From NCBI GenBank assembly GCA_963845065.1, contig CAWJQQ010000009.1, positions 96,001-160,000 of the forward strand: a stretch of 64,000 bases of DNA, in the 5' to 3' direction. Below are positions 10,818 to 20,625 of the stretch, in pieces. The first letter of the stretch is position 1, and every line of letters starts with the position of its first letter. The notes under the pieces are model-generated. The model was not told where the DNA came from and ran no database searches. It saw only the letters and a program-made list of their open reading frames with translations. Both the position numbers and the translations under genes were made by a program. The stretch is from Nitrospirota bacterium (GTDB taxonomy: Bacteria; Nitrospirota; UBA9217).

Positions 10818-12193
10818 CAGAGCTGTCCAAGATAATCTGATTTCCTAAACCTCAGTACTATAAATCAATGCTTTTAGACAGGTAAATCCATCAATCCAAA
10901 TCCAGGTTCCCCATTCTGCTGTCCAACTAACGAATAGTCAACAAAAGTTGTTCCGGCTCTGGCACAATCGGCGGCGTTTCAAAGGGGTTATCGAGCCATG
11001 ACCATAGATCTCGGTAAGTAAAAAGATTGTATCGTAACATAGCTATCAGATTCGATAATGACCATCCGAGCGTAGATCGAAACTTAAGGTATTTCAACAC
11101 CAGAATAGCTATCAATGCTGTCCAAATCTGAGTCATCAGGGCGTTCTGACTGGTTCCCACAAAGGTCTTGATCTTTAAATTCTGTTTGATTGTCTTAAAA
11201 AAGGTCTCTATCTGCCAGCGATCCTTATAAATACGTGATATGGTCGTTGCACCAAAGGTGAGATGGTTTGTCCACAGAACTATTATCCGCTCTTTTTTCT
11301 CATCCCACACTTCGATACGCCGTAACTGATAAGGGCACTTCAATTTGGAATAGTAGCCTGCCAGTTCAATGATCTGGTCTCTTAGGATATTCCGGTTTTC
11401 CGGGACATCCCGTTCTTCAACGACCTTGAAGAAGGAGCGTCTTTTTTGCTTTGTAACAAAATAGACACCTTCTTCCGTCCATCGCCCAAACAGATCATAA
11501 TCCACATAGCCCATATCGACGGCCAAAATGGAACCTTTCGGAAATTGGAGGGTATGGGCAATGTTTACTTCATGGACTTTCCCCTCGGTTACACAGGCAA
11601 AGACGGGAAGATACCCTTCATGATCCAATAACAAATGGAGTTTCACGGCACCTTTGGTCTGTCTGAACTTTGCCCAGTCAAACAACGTGGCGCACAGATC
11701 AATGACCGTCGCATCCAGGCTGAACAATTTGTTCTTAAATCGAAATTTTTTCTTCCCGCGTGAGAGAACCCAACATTTCGCCAATAGCTGATAAAATATC
11801 TTCTGATATAATTGCCACGGTCTATGCTCATTGGCATAGGACAGAGTGGACCGCCGCGGTGCTGAGTCTATTCCAAGGTGCTTAAGTTTTCCGAGACAGG
11901 TTGCTAGCCTACCGCATATTTCCCGAAGCGAATGCGCTTGCCCCAACTGGCAGAACAACATCGCTACAAACTGTCCCCAGCAGCTAAATCCTTTTACTCC
12001 TTTCTCTGCCCTTGTTTCTCTAACTGCCCTAATAAAATCCTGCTGAGTAAAAATGTGTAGAATCTGTCCGAACATGCTGGTAAACTTGTTCACGGGGATG
12101 TCCTCCTTCTGGTTTTGTAAGTCTTCGACAAACCTACTCTACCTGATTGAGGCTCCCCCTTCAATTACTTAAAATTTATCTTGGACAGATCTG
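10818..12193 (-). mobile_element. Complete IS4-family insertion sequence
   Basis: 18-bp TIRs CAGAGCTGTCCAAGATAA (10818-10835) and TTATCTTGGACAGATCTG (12176-12193), one mismatch. Perfect 9-bp target duplication ATCATACTT at 10809-10817 and 12194-12202. Confidence 0.95.
10927..12093 (-). CDS. IS4 family transposase (DUF4372-like N-terminus plus DDE domain)
   Basis: LDATVIDL, VDMGY and YREK-type signature YKDRWQIETFFK; GTG start with AGGAGG RBS. Confidence 0.95.
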   Translation of the reverse strand: MNKFTSMFGQILHIFTQQDFIRAVRETRAEKGVKGFSCWGQFVAMLFCQLGQAHSLREICGRLATCLGKLKHLGIDSAPRRSTLSYANEHRPWQLYQKIFYQLLAKCWVLSRGKKKFRFKNKLFSLDATVIDLCATLFDWAKFRQTKGAVKLHLLLDHEGYLPVFACVTEGKVHEVNIAHTLQFPKGSILAVDMGYVDYDLFGRWTEEGVYFVTKQKRRSFFKVVEERDVPENRNILRDQIIELAGYYSKLKCPYQLRRIEVWDEKKERIIVLWTNHLTFGATTISRIYKDRWQIETFFKTIKQNLKIKTFVGTSQNALMTQIWTALIAILVLKYLKFRSTLGWSLSNLIAMLRYNLFTYRDLWSWLDNPFETPPIVPEPEQLLLTIR

Positions 12194-12529
12194 ATCATAC
12201 TTATAAAAGACATCATCAAGTAAAAGAGCATCTACCTTATTTGCCTGATGTTAATAATTGAAGCCTCCGCTCCGCAAATAGTCAACTTGGTTTGGGATGA
12301 ATCTGCTATATCTAAGCAGATCTTAGTACCAAGTATAAACCCCTATGCAAATCTCCCTTAAAAAAACTTCAAATGTCTTGAAAATACATATATAGAAAAA
12401 ATGTTCATAATAGAACTTTTATGAAAATCTGCATCGACGAGCCGATTAATGATTGAAACCTGCTGACAATAAAACCGATCGTGCATTAACGACAATATAA
12501 CCGATTGCTGTCTGACCAGACAATACCAA

Positions 12530-12730
12530 GAAGATCATTTGTCCAGCCCGATGTGCTGGCTGTCTATATAATGCCATCAGGCGATGTGATGATTGTGCCG
12601 GAAGCTCCCACCGCCGCAAAGTGAGTGTCTAACCAAGTGATGACCACAAGATAATTTGTAGTGCCAGATGTGCGGCTTGTAATGCCGTCAGGGGCTGTGA
12701 GGACTGTGCTACTACATCACACCGTTTCAA
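12530..12730 (-). pseudogene. Relic of a TSPDG-repeat (BNR/beta-propeller-like) surface protein
   Basis: Minus strand reads ...STVLTAPDGITSRTSG... and ...AVGASGTIITSPDGII*TASTSG..., two repeat units with stops or indels. Confidence 0.6.
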
Positions 12731-12785
12731 ATCCCGTTCAGTTACACTCTGGAAGTAACGAAGCAGTAAGAGGTTGATTTGCAAA

Positions 12786-12821
12786 GTAGCCCGTTTTTGG
12801 AAGTTTTCTAAGGCGGGCTAC
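12786..12821. terminator. GC-rich hairpin, possible terminator
   Basis: GTAGCCCG...CGGGCTAC inverted repeat upstream of the Crp gene; no clear U-tract. Confidence 0.3.
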
Positions 12822-12975
12822 GTTATTACGCCGGTAATAGTTTGGGGTAAATAACAATTGCCATAGCATAATGAGGGGGTTATTATATTATGTATATCCA
12901 TAGTAGTTTAAAAAGCAGAATTTGGATGGGCTACCCCCACAGAGGCAATGAAGTGCAAAAAGGAGAAATTGTTTT

Positions 12976-13731
12976 ATGGGAGATCGACAATCTAAAAACG
13001 GAGCGGTTTGTAAGGACATCGCTGCAGCAAAAACTGAAAAAATGACGGAACAATGGTATCTGCATTCTCAGAATTTTTTTACCGGCTTACATGCGGAGAA
13101 AGAATTATTTTTATCATGTTCGAAGGAAAGACACATTAAGAAAAACGACTTCATTTTTTATGAAGGGGAACTGGGTGAGAGCGTTTATTACATTCAAGAC
13201 GGCGAAGTCGGGATTTTCTATACTACTCCTATGGGCAAAGAATCGTTGGTCTTTATAAGACATGCAGGAGATATGTTTGGTCTTGCTGAAGCTATGAGTG
13301 GCGCAAAAAGAGCCTGTAACGCACGAACGATAAATGCGTGTTGTTTATATGAGATACAAAGGAAGGATTTAGAAAAACTGCTTTCGCAGAATTGGACGCT
13401 ATCACGGCGTGTCATAGAGATTCTCGGGAGCCGTTTGCGGTTTTTGGGAGAGCAACTAGAAAATATCATGTCATATGATGTTGCTACAAGATTGCTAAAG
13501 CTGTTATTTTATATGAGTCATCAAGAAATATCCGAGGATAATTTCAAAGACGGGCCTAGCATTATCCCGATAAAGCTTACCCAAGAACAGATCGCTTCAA
13601 TGATAGGATCGTGTCAGCAAACAGTAAGTGAAATATTAAAACACCTAGAGGCGGAAAGCGTTATCCAGATATCTCGGAATCGTCGAGAAATTACAGTTAA
13701 TCCTTATAAAATTGCTAAATATTTATTATAA
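12976..13731 (+). CDS. Crp/Fnr family transcriptional regulator
   Basis: cNMP-binding fold (IFYEGE...GDMFG) and C-terminal HTH LTQEQIASMIGSCQQTVSE; AAGGAG RBS. Confidence 0.92.
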   Translation: MGDRQSKNGAVCKDIAAAKTEKMTEQWYLHSQNFFTGLHAEKELFLSCSKERHIKKNDFIFYEGELGESVYYIQDGEVGIFYTTPMGKESLVFIRHAGDMFGLAEAMSGAKRACNARTINACCLYEIQRKDLEKLLSQNWTLSRRVIEILGSRLRFLGEQLENIMSYDVATRLLKLLFYMSHQEISEDNFKDGPSIIPIKLTQEQIASMIGSCQQTVSEILKHLEAESVIQISRNRREITVNPYKIAKYLL

Positions 13732-14218
13732 GGTGTTCTTCCAATAATCTTCCTATCCCACTTTATCGTCCTGCCGATAGATATTCTTAAGACAATTTTG
13801 GTATTATCATTCACTGGCAATAACAACGAAAGCGATTTTCTTTTTTCCCTCGATGCTGCAAAACCAAAATAAAACGGATTGCAGATTTGTAGAGAGATCA
13901 AATAAAATTATCAGTCTTTCGGTGGCCGATCGTAAGAAAGGAGCAAACGGCACAGAGCAGCAATGGCCATTGCCAGTGTCGCAATCTCGTCGTTTGTCTC
14001 TAACTCTATTTTATTGGCCAAATTGTTACCCAACGTTATATTGACCGTATGCGGGTCAGCATGAAAAGACTGCTCTCATAATCCAAAAGAAGAATGGGGA
14101 TTCTGCAGTTTTGATGTGGGGGATTAGTAAGTCTGCCATATACCGATTATTAATCCCTTAATTGGCGGACATCAGAAGCACAACAAGGAAGAAAAAACAT
14201 ATTGGAAGGGAAAAATCT

Positions 14219-15742
14219 ATGGAAAAAAGTGGGGTAATTTCTATTAGTCAGCCAAGAATCACAAACGGTGTACTGCAGTATTTACGAAATAATTTAGCTG
14301 CGCAGCAAAGGAATGACAAAAAATGTCTTCTCGGTTATGTTTTTGCGTGGGCTGCATGGGCAGTGATTTTGTGGGGCATTGATATTTCATCTTTCGTTCC
14401 TACGTACCCGGCAAAAGCAGTGCTCGCAACCATCGTTTGGGCGTGCGTTATATGGGTGACCGACGCCATTCCCGTGGGCGTTTCCGGGCTGCTGATACCC
14501 ATGCTGCTCGTCGTGTCAAATGCCGTACCTAAAATATCGGAGGCATTCGGCGGGTTCACACTAGATGTAAGCTTTTTGTGTTTAGGGGCATTTATGTTTG
14601 CAGCTATACTATGGGCCGCGAATCTCGATACACGCATCGCTCTCGTTGTATTGTCAAAAATGAAGTCCGTCAAGGTAGGAAGAATTATCATCGGGCTATT
14701 CAGCACAAGTATGGTGCTGGCGCTTGCTGTACCGGCAGCCGTTGCACGGGCCGCAACGCTTCTTCCGGTGGTCAGGGGTATTACTCAACTCTTTGGCGAA
14801 AGCAAACCCGAAGACAACGCGAAAAAGGCTATCGTAATATCCTCTCTCGTATATGGGCCAATGGTCGGCGGCATTTTGATTATGACCGCCCATATGCCGA
14901 ACGTAATTATGGTGGGCCTTTTCGATAAACAGCTTAATATCCATATAACTTGGATACAGTGGTTATGGCTCCACCTACCCATTATTGGGCTTTTCCCTAT
15001 AATGTATTGGGTTCTGAGGTTCTTCTTCAGGTTTAAAAATGTGGAAGTCCCTGGGGGCATAGAAAAAATAGAGACGGCAAAGAAGGACCTTGGCGCAACC
15101 AAAAACTATGAGTGGGTCATTCTTTTGATTTTTGCGTTCGCTGCTGCGGCGTGGGCGCTCGAGGATGTCCTTCAAATAAAAACAGGGATGGTTACCCTCA
15201 TGGCTCTCGGTGTTTTCTTTATCCCGGGGATATTCCCGCTGAAATGGAAAGCGATCGAGAATAAAACCATATGGGGGACCTGGTTGTTATTGTGTGGAGC
15301 TCTGTCTATGTCTGCGGCCATGGGATCAACGGGGCTTGCAAAGGATCTTGCGAACGTCATCTATCCAGTTGTCTCAGGCAAGGGGTGGATTACAGTCCTG
15401 TTTATCATGATGATCTCCACACAGTTTATGCGTCTCGGGATGCTGAGTAATGTCGCGGCAGTAGCGATGATGGCTCCAATTTTATTAGAGATGGCGCCCC
15501 TCCTGAAAATGAACCCTGTATCATTTACACTACTAATCTCTAATCTAGATACTTTTGCTTTTGTAATCCCCACTCAAATTACGGCGGCGGTGATAGCTTA
15601 CGGCACCGGTGCTTTTAGCATGTCAGATTATGCCAAGGTAGGCTTGCCTATAATGCTGATAGCGATATTGTGGAGCATATTCGTTATGGCGCCATGGTAT
15701 GCATTAAATGGATTCCCCGTATGGAGCCCACTGATTCATTAG
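14219..15742 (+). CDS. DASS/SLC13 family anion (sulfate/dicarboxylate) transporter
   Basis: Many hydrophobic helices with WVTDAIP, TAHMPN, LSNVA and DYAKVG motifs; ATG at 14219. Confidence 0.88.
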   Translation: MEKSGVISISQPRITNGVLQYLRNNLAAQQRNDKKCLLGYVFAWAAWAVILWGIDISSFVPTYPAKAVLATIVWACVIWVTDAIPVGVSGLLIPMLLVVSNAVPKISEAFGGFTLDVSFLCLGAFMFAAILWAANLDTRIALVVLSKMKSVKVGRIIIGLFSTSMVLALAVPAAVARAATLLPVVRGITQLFGESKPEDNAKKAIVISSLVYGPMVGGILIMTAHMPNVIMVGLFDKQLNIHITWIQWLWLHLPIIGLFPIMYWVLRFFFRFKNVEVPGGIEKIETAKKDLGATKNYEWVILLIFAFAAAAWALEDVLQIKTGMVTLMALGVFFIPGIFPLKWKAIENKTIWGTWLLLCGALSMSAAMGSTGLAKDLANVIYPVVSGKGWITVLFIMMISTQFMRLGMLSNVAAVAMMAPILLEMAPLLKMNPVSFTLLISNLDTFAFVIPTQITAAVIAYGTGAFSMSDYAKVGLPIMLIAILWSIFVMAPWYALNGFPVWSPLIH

Positions 15743-15819
15743 GAACGGAGCGGATAAACCGTGAAGCTCGATTATGATCGTGTCGTGGCTACAATTTTAT
15801 AAAGATGGAGGTAAAAAGA

Positions 15820-17655
15820 ATGAATAAGGATTTACCGAAAACCGTAAACGACGTCGAAGAAGTAAGAATAGAGACAGACCTCCTTATCATCGGAGGAGGT
15901 AATGCCGGCTGCTTTGTTGCAATTGAAGCCAAAAAACATAATCCCGACCTTGACGTCACTATCATGGAAAAGGCGCACATCGACCGGAGCGGGGCGTTGG
16001 CGGCCGGTATGGACGCCATAAACACCTATCTCGGCGAAGGCGAAACAGCTGAGTCGTTAGTAGAGTGGAGCCGAGCGCAGGTCGGTGGAGGACCCCTGAG
16101 AGAAGACCTTGCTTTAAGCAACGCCAAAATACTTAATGAGTGCGTAGAGTCCCTCGAGGAATGGGGTGTTCCTTTCAAAAAGGACGAGAAGGGGAAATAC
16201 AAAAAACGCGGCAGGTTTGACATTTCGATACACGGGGAACAGTTGAAACCGATCATCGCAGAGAAGACAAAAAGTTATAACCCCAGGATACTGAATAGAG
16301 TGGCTGCCACTAATTTTCTAAAAGACGGCGACAGAGTAAACGGCGCCACGGGTTTCGGCATCAGGGACGGTAAATTCTATGTGATAAAAGCCAAGGCAAC
16401 GGTGGTCTCGACCGGTGGCGCTGCGGGGCTTTACCGTTCGTCAACCAACGATGGGACCACCAGTCATCATCAAATGTGGATGAACCCTTTTAACGTAGGC
16501 ACCGGCTATGCCATGGGAATCAGGGCAGCGGCAGAGTTCACGCTTATGGAACAGCGGTGGTGCGCAACTAGGGTGAAGGATTTCTGTGGGCCGGTTGACA
16601 CTATCTCGGTAGGCTATAAGGCCAAGATGATCAACGCAAAGGGTGAATCAATTCTCCAGAAACACTATGGGCATCTCGGCGGAGACGCGGCACCGCGCTT
16701 TATACGAGCGAATGCACCCATGAATGAATGGAGCGAAGGAAGAGGTCCGACCTTCGTGGACACACGGCATCTTTCGCCTGAACAGGTCAAAGATCTCAAA
16801 ATCGATTATCTCAATGAGCGGCCCACGTACGTGTTATTTTTGGCATCGCATGGGCAGGATCCGGCAAAAGAGCCCCTCGAGATTTATGGGAGCGATCCCT
16901 ATATCGTCGGCGGTCACACTGCGAGCGGCTATTGGGTGGATATCGACAGAATGTCTACTCTGCCCGGGCTTTTTGCCGCGGGTGAATGTGCAGGTGGGAT
17001 GCCCAATAAATTTGTAGGCGGGTGTGCGGCCGAAGGGGTACTCGCGGCGAGGGGCGCTGTAAAGTACATAATATCAATGGTTGGGAACTCCGCGCTTGAC
17101 GAAACGCAGGTGGCAGCAGAGAAGGAAAGGGTATTCTCTCCGCTTATGAGAGGAGTCAAGATGGAGCCAAAATATACCCTGCCAGTTGGACAAGAACCTC
17201 GCTGGCAGTTTGACGGCATAACGCCTGAAGAAATGGAGGAACGGCTCCAAAGGCTTATGGACGAGTACGCCGGGGGCGTAGGCCAGTTTTTTAAGTGCAA
17301 CGAAGAACAGCTCAACTATGCGCTTAAAAATATCAGCATGATGAAAGACCAGATATCTAAGCTTTTTGCAACGGACCTGCATAACCTCAGTCTCGTCCAT
17401 GACGTCATAGACCGCCTCGACGTTTCAGCGGTCGTCGCAATGCACTTGAGAGAAAGAAGGGAGTGCAGGTGGCCGGGCTGGCAGACGAGACCTGACTTTC
17501 CTAAAGTGGACCCGAACCTGGATTGTTTCATTAATTCGAGAAAAAACCCCAACACGGGAGAGATTGAGATGTTCAAGAGGCCATATGAACAGATACTGCC
17601 TGGCGACAGAACAAAATCTCTGTCACCTCTGCCGCTTTCCGCAGAGAAGGCGTGA
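15820..17655 (+). CDS. aprA: Adenylylsulfate reductase alpha-subunit-like flavoprotein (divergent AprA)
   Basis: GGGNAG FAD motif, RSGALAAGMDAINTY, EQRWCATRVKD, YIVGGH, EERLQRLMDEYAGG and RECRWPG; GGAGG RBS. Confidence 0.88.
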   Translation: MNKDLPKTVNDVEEVRIETDLLIIGGGNAGCFVAIEAKKHNPDLDVTIMEKAHIDRSGALAAGMDAINTYLGEGETAESLVEWSRAQVGGGPLREDLALSNAKILNECVESLEEWGVPFKKDEKGKYKKRGRFDISIHGEQLKPIIAEKTKSYNPRILNRVAATNFLKDGDRVNGATGFGIRDGKFYVIKAKATVVSTGGAAGLYRSSTNDGTTSHHQMWMNPFNVGTGYAMGIRAAAEFTLMEQRWCATRVKDFCGPVDTISVGYKAKMINAKGESILQKHYGHLGGDAAPRFIRANAPMNEWSEGRGPTFVDTRHLSPEQVKDLKIDYLNERPTYVLFLASHGQDPAKEPLEIYGSDPYIVGGHTASGYWVDIDRMSTLPGLFAAGECAGGMPNKFVGGCAAEGVLAARGAVKYIISMVGNSALDETQVAAEKERVFSPLMRGVKMEPKYTLPVGQEPRWQFDGITPEEMEERLQRLMDEYAGGVGQFFKCNEEQLNYALKNISMMKDQISKLFATDLHNLSLVHDVIDRLDVSAVVAMHLRERRECRWPGWQTRPDFPKVDPNLDCFINSRKNPNTGEIEMFKRPYEQILPGDRTKSLSPLPLSAEKA

Positions 17656-17695
17656 TCTGAGAACATAATTATAATATATCAAGGAGGAAAATCAC

Positions 17696-18022
17696 GTGCC
17701 ACCTTATGTTAATGAAAAAAAATGTGATGGTTGCAAAGGGAAGGAAGAACCTTTGTGTGAGCAGATATGCATCGGCGACCTAATGACGCTTGAACATGTG
17801 TCAGGGAAAGCATACTGCAGAGCCTTACGAGATTGCTGGGATTGCATGTCCTGCGCGAAAATCTGTCCCAAGGGCGCCATTGAGCAACGGATACCCTATC
17901 AACTGGGGTATCACGGCGCGAAGCTCATTCCCATGATGGGCACCGACTCCATAACTTGGACCTGCGTTGACATAAACGGCAAGGTGGAGCGTTTCTCCTT
18001 TCGCACGAGAAACAAAAAATAA
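17696..18022 (+). CDS. aprB: Adenylylsulfate reductase beta subunit (2x[4Fe-4S], short form)
   Basis: MPPYVNEKKCDGC...LCEQIC and CWDCMSCAKICP; directly after aprA. Confidence 0.9.
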   Translation: MPPYVNEKKCDGCKGKEEPLCEQICIGDLMTLEHVSGKAYCRALRDCWDCMSCAKICPKGAIEQRIPYQLGYHGAKLIPMMGTDSITWTCVDINGKVERFSFRTRNKK

Positions 18023-18036
18023 GGAGTTATCGGAGA

Positions 18037-20145
18037 ATGAGCGAAATAAAAATTGGTATTTACCTCTGCACCTGCGAAGGTGCAATTGAGAAGGTCATCG
18101 CTCTTGACTCGCTTGCAAAGGAAACAGCCGGTTGGCGCGCTGTAACCATTGTCCGTAAAGACGCCACTCTTTGTTCAGAGCGTGGGATTGGCTCGATACG
18201 GGAAGATGTCGTAAAGCACGGCCTTGATCGAGTACTAATAGCTGCATGTACCCCTTCTGTAAAGGCAAAAGAATTTTCTGACCTAGGTATTAACAAGCAC
18301 CTCGTCGAGAGGGTAAATTTCAGGGAACAATGCAGCAGCGTTCACGGTGATAATTCTGAAAATGCCACGAAAAAGGCTAAGGCCCTGCTTGGTTTATCTT
18401 ATGAAAAGATAAGGTATTCCAAGCCGCTCCATTCGTGTATGGTTCCAGCAGTGAAGAGCGCTTTAATTGTTGGCGGTGGCGTTGCCGGAATTAATGCAGC
18501 TCTTGATATTGCAGGAACGGATGTTGAGGTGTTTTTGGTCGAAAAAAGCCCCTCTCTTGGCGGAAAGGTAGTTCAGCTTCATAAGTACTTCCCCCGCATG
18601 TGTCCACCGTCCTGCGGCCTGGAAATTATGTTATCCAGGCTGGAGAGTCATCCACTAATTCATATTTTCACATCTTCCGAGATAGACTCTTTGAGCGGCT
18701 CCCCGGGCAAATTCGAGGCCCTCATAAGAACAGCGACGACCGAGGCAACCAATCTAGATAAAGAAGCCGTGACAAGCAAGATAACGGTCGGTGCTGTTAT
18801 AATCGCAACGGGATGGGAGCCTTATGATCCCACGCCACTCGCCGAATACGGATACGGAAAGCTTGAACATGTCGTCACGAACTTGGAATTCGAAAAGATA
18901 GTTCGTGAGCAAAAAAGATCGCTGTATGGCCCAAAGAAAACGGCTTTTATCCAGTGCGTCGGCAGTCGTAATGAACGCCAGCTCCCTTATTGCTCTGATA
19001 TTTGCTGCATGGTTAGCATCAAACAGGCGCTTTTATTAAAAGAGATCAACCCAGAAAATGAAGTGTATATTTTTTACAATGATATCAGGACTCCAGGCGA
19101 GTATGAAGATTTATACCGGCAGGCACGAATGTGCGGAATAAAATTCATTAAAGGTATGCCATCGGAACTGAGGCAGGGCACGCCAGGAAATATATTTTTC
19201 CCCGTCTTCGACACGGTGGCGGGAGAGCGGCTTGAGATCAATGTTGACAGTGTAGTTCTCGCAACAGGCATGAAGTCTGCCCTCGGTAACAATGATCTGA
19301 AGGATAAGATCGGCATTGTCCTGAACAAAAACAACTTTATTGAATCCCACCTCCAATGTTGTCCCCAAGATACCCGTAGAGCGGGAATATTCAGCGCCGG
19401 CTGCTGCCGAGCGCCCATGGATGTATCGAGGTCAATCGATAGTGCGGGAGCCGCCGCGATCAAGGCTCTTCAGTTTCTTAAAAGCGAAATTGAAGTCAGT
19501 CCCGGTTATCCCGTCGTCAATACCTTGAAATGTGATGTCTGTAAGCGATGTGTTGAAGAATGCCCCAACAAGGCTTACTCATTCGACCAGAAGGGCTTTC
19601 CCATTGTTGACATCCTAAAGTGCAGCCAATGCGGCATATGCATGGGAAGCTGTCCCCTTGGGTCAATCTCCCTCGGGGATCTGTCGATAGAACAACTCTC
19701 GGGCATGATAGACGTTATGGATAAATCTTATCTGGGTGACGATGAACCCGTCATTCTGGGTTTTTTATGTAAAAATGACGCATACAGAGCAGCGGATGAC
19801 TCTGGTTCTAAAGACATCTGCTATCCACCCAACATGCTCAGCATTATGGTCCCCTGTTCAGGCGCAGTGAACGGCATGATTGTTTCAGAAGCCATTTCAA
19901 AAGGTGTTGACGGTATTCTGATTGCCGGATGCCCCGATAACCAGTGCCACTATAGCCAGGGTAGCACGTTGGCAAAAGCAAGATTGGCGGATGTTTCGAA
20001 CAAGCTCAAGGATATGTATATAGAGCCAGAGAGGGTCCGCTTTATTAGCATCAGCAGGGACGAGACGGAGAAGTTCGTCGACGCGGTAAATGAATACGTT
20101 CAGGTGTTAAAAAAATTAGGAAGGAACCAGATGCGGATTCAGTAA
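18037..20145 (+). CDS. hdrA: HdrA/Qmo-family flavoprotein with ferredoxin and C-terminal MvhD-like domain (QmoA/QmoB hybrid)
   Basis: N-terminal Cys domain, GGGVAG FAD site, YFPRMCPPSCGLEI, QCVGSR...YCSDICC, two CxxCxxCxxxCP motifs, and FLCKND...PCSG...AGC...CHY. Confidence 0.9.
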   Translation: MSEIKIGIYLCTCEGAIEKVIALDSLAKETAGWRAVTIVRKDATLCSERGIGSIREDVVKHGLDRVLIAACTPSVKAKEFSDLGINKHLVERVNFREQCSSVHGDNSENATKKAKALLGLSYEKIRYSKPLHSCMVPAVKSALIVGGGVAGINAALDIAGTDVEVFLVEKSPSLGGKVVQLHKYFPRMCPPSCGLEIMLSRLESHPLIHIFTSSEIDSLSGSPGKFEALIRTATTEATNLDKEAVTSKITVGAVIIATGWEPYDPTPLAEYGYGKLEHVVTNLEFEKIVREQKRSLYGPKKTAFIQCVGSRNERQLPYCSDICCMVSIKQALLLKEINPENEVYIFYNDIRTPGEYEDLYRQARMCGIKFIKGMPSELRQGTPGNIFFPVFDTVAGERLEINVDSVVLATGMKSALGNNDLKDKIGIVLNKNNFIESHLQCCPQDTRRAGIFSAGCCRAPMDVSRSIDSAGAAAIKALQFLKSEIEVSPGYPVVNTLKCDVCKRCVEECPNKAYSFDQKGFPIVDILKCSQCGICMGSCPLGSISLGDLSIEQLSGMIDVMDKSYLGDDEPVILGFLCKNDAYRAADDSGSKDICYPPNMLSIMVPCSGAVNGMIVSEAISKGVDGILIAGCPDNQCHYSQGSTLAKARLADVSNKLKDMYIEPERVRFISISRDETEKFVDAVNEYVQVLKKLGRNQMRIQ

Positions 20146-20175
20146 AATACTCGGTGGTATTGGACACTTTCAGAT

Positions 20176-20625
20176 ATGAATAGAGATTATTTCGATAAAG
20201 AGAAGTTGAGCTCCTGTTACCATTGTGGAAGGTGTACTTCTGGATGTATGGTGAATGGATTCGACGCTTCATTCCAACCTCATAAACTTCTCCATCTCAT
20301 CAGCATAGGGGCACTTGATAAACTTTTGCATAGTGACTCCATCTGGAAATGCACCACGTGTTTCACATGTTCCGAAAGGTGCCCACAGGATATCAGGATC
20401 ACTGACATTCTCTGGGCTTTAAGAGCGCTAGCGACGAAATCGGGTCATGTTCCAGCTCCGGTTGCAGGACAGAAAAATGCCCTACTTAAGACTGGAAGGC
20501 TGTATGCCACAAATACCATGGATAACAAAAAACGGGAGAGGGCAGGGCTTCCAGCGCTTGCCGAAGACTCTCCCGTGGTCAATCTGATATTTGAGGCTTC
20601 TGAAGCGGAGAGCAAATCATTATGA
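20176..20625 (+). CDS. hdrC: Heterodisulfide reductase subunit C-like (soluble, 2x[4Fe-4S])
   Basis: CYHCGRCTSGC and WKCTTCFTCSERCP; no transmembrane segment. Confidence 0.9.
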   Translation: MNRDYFDKEKLSSCYHCGRCTSGCMVNGFDASFQPHKLLHLISIGALDKLLHSDSIWKCTTCFTCSERCPQDIRITDILWALRALATKSGHVPAPVAGQKNALLKTGRLYATNTMDNKKRERAGLPALAEDSPVVNLIFEASEAESKSL

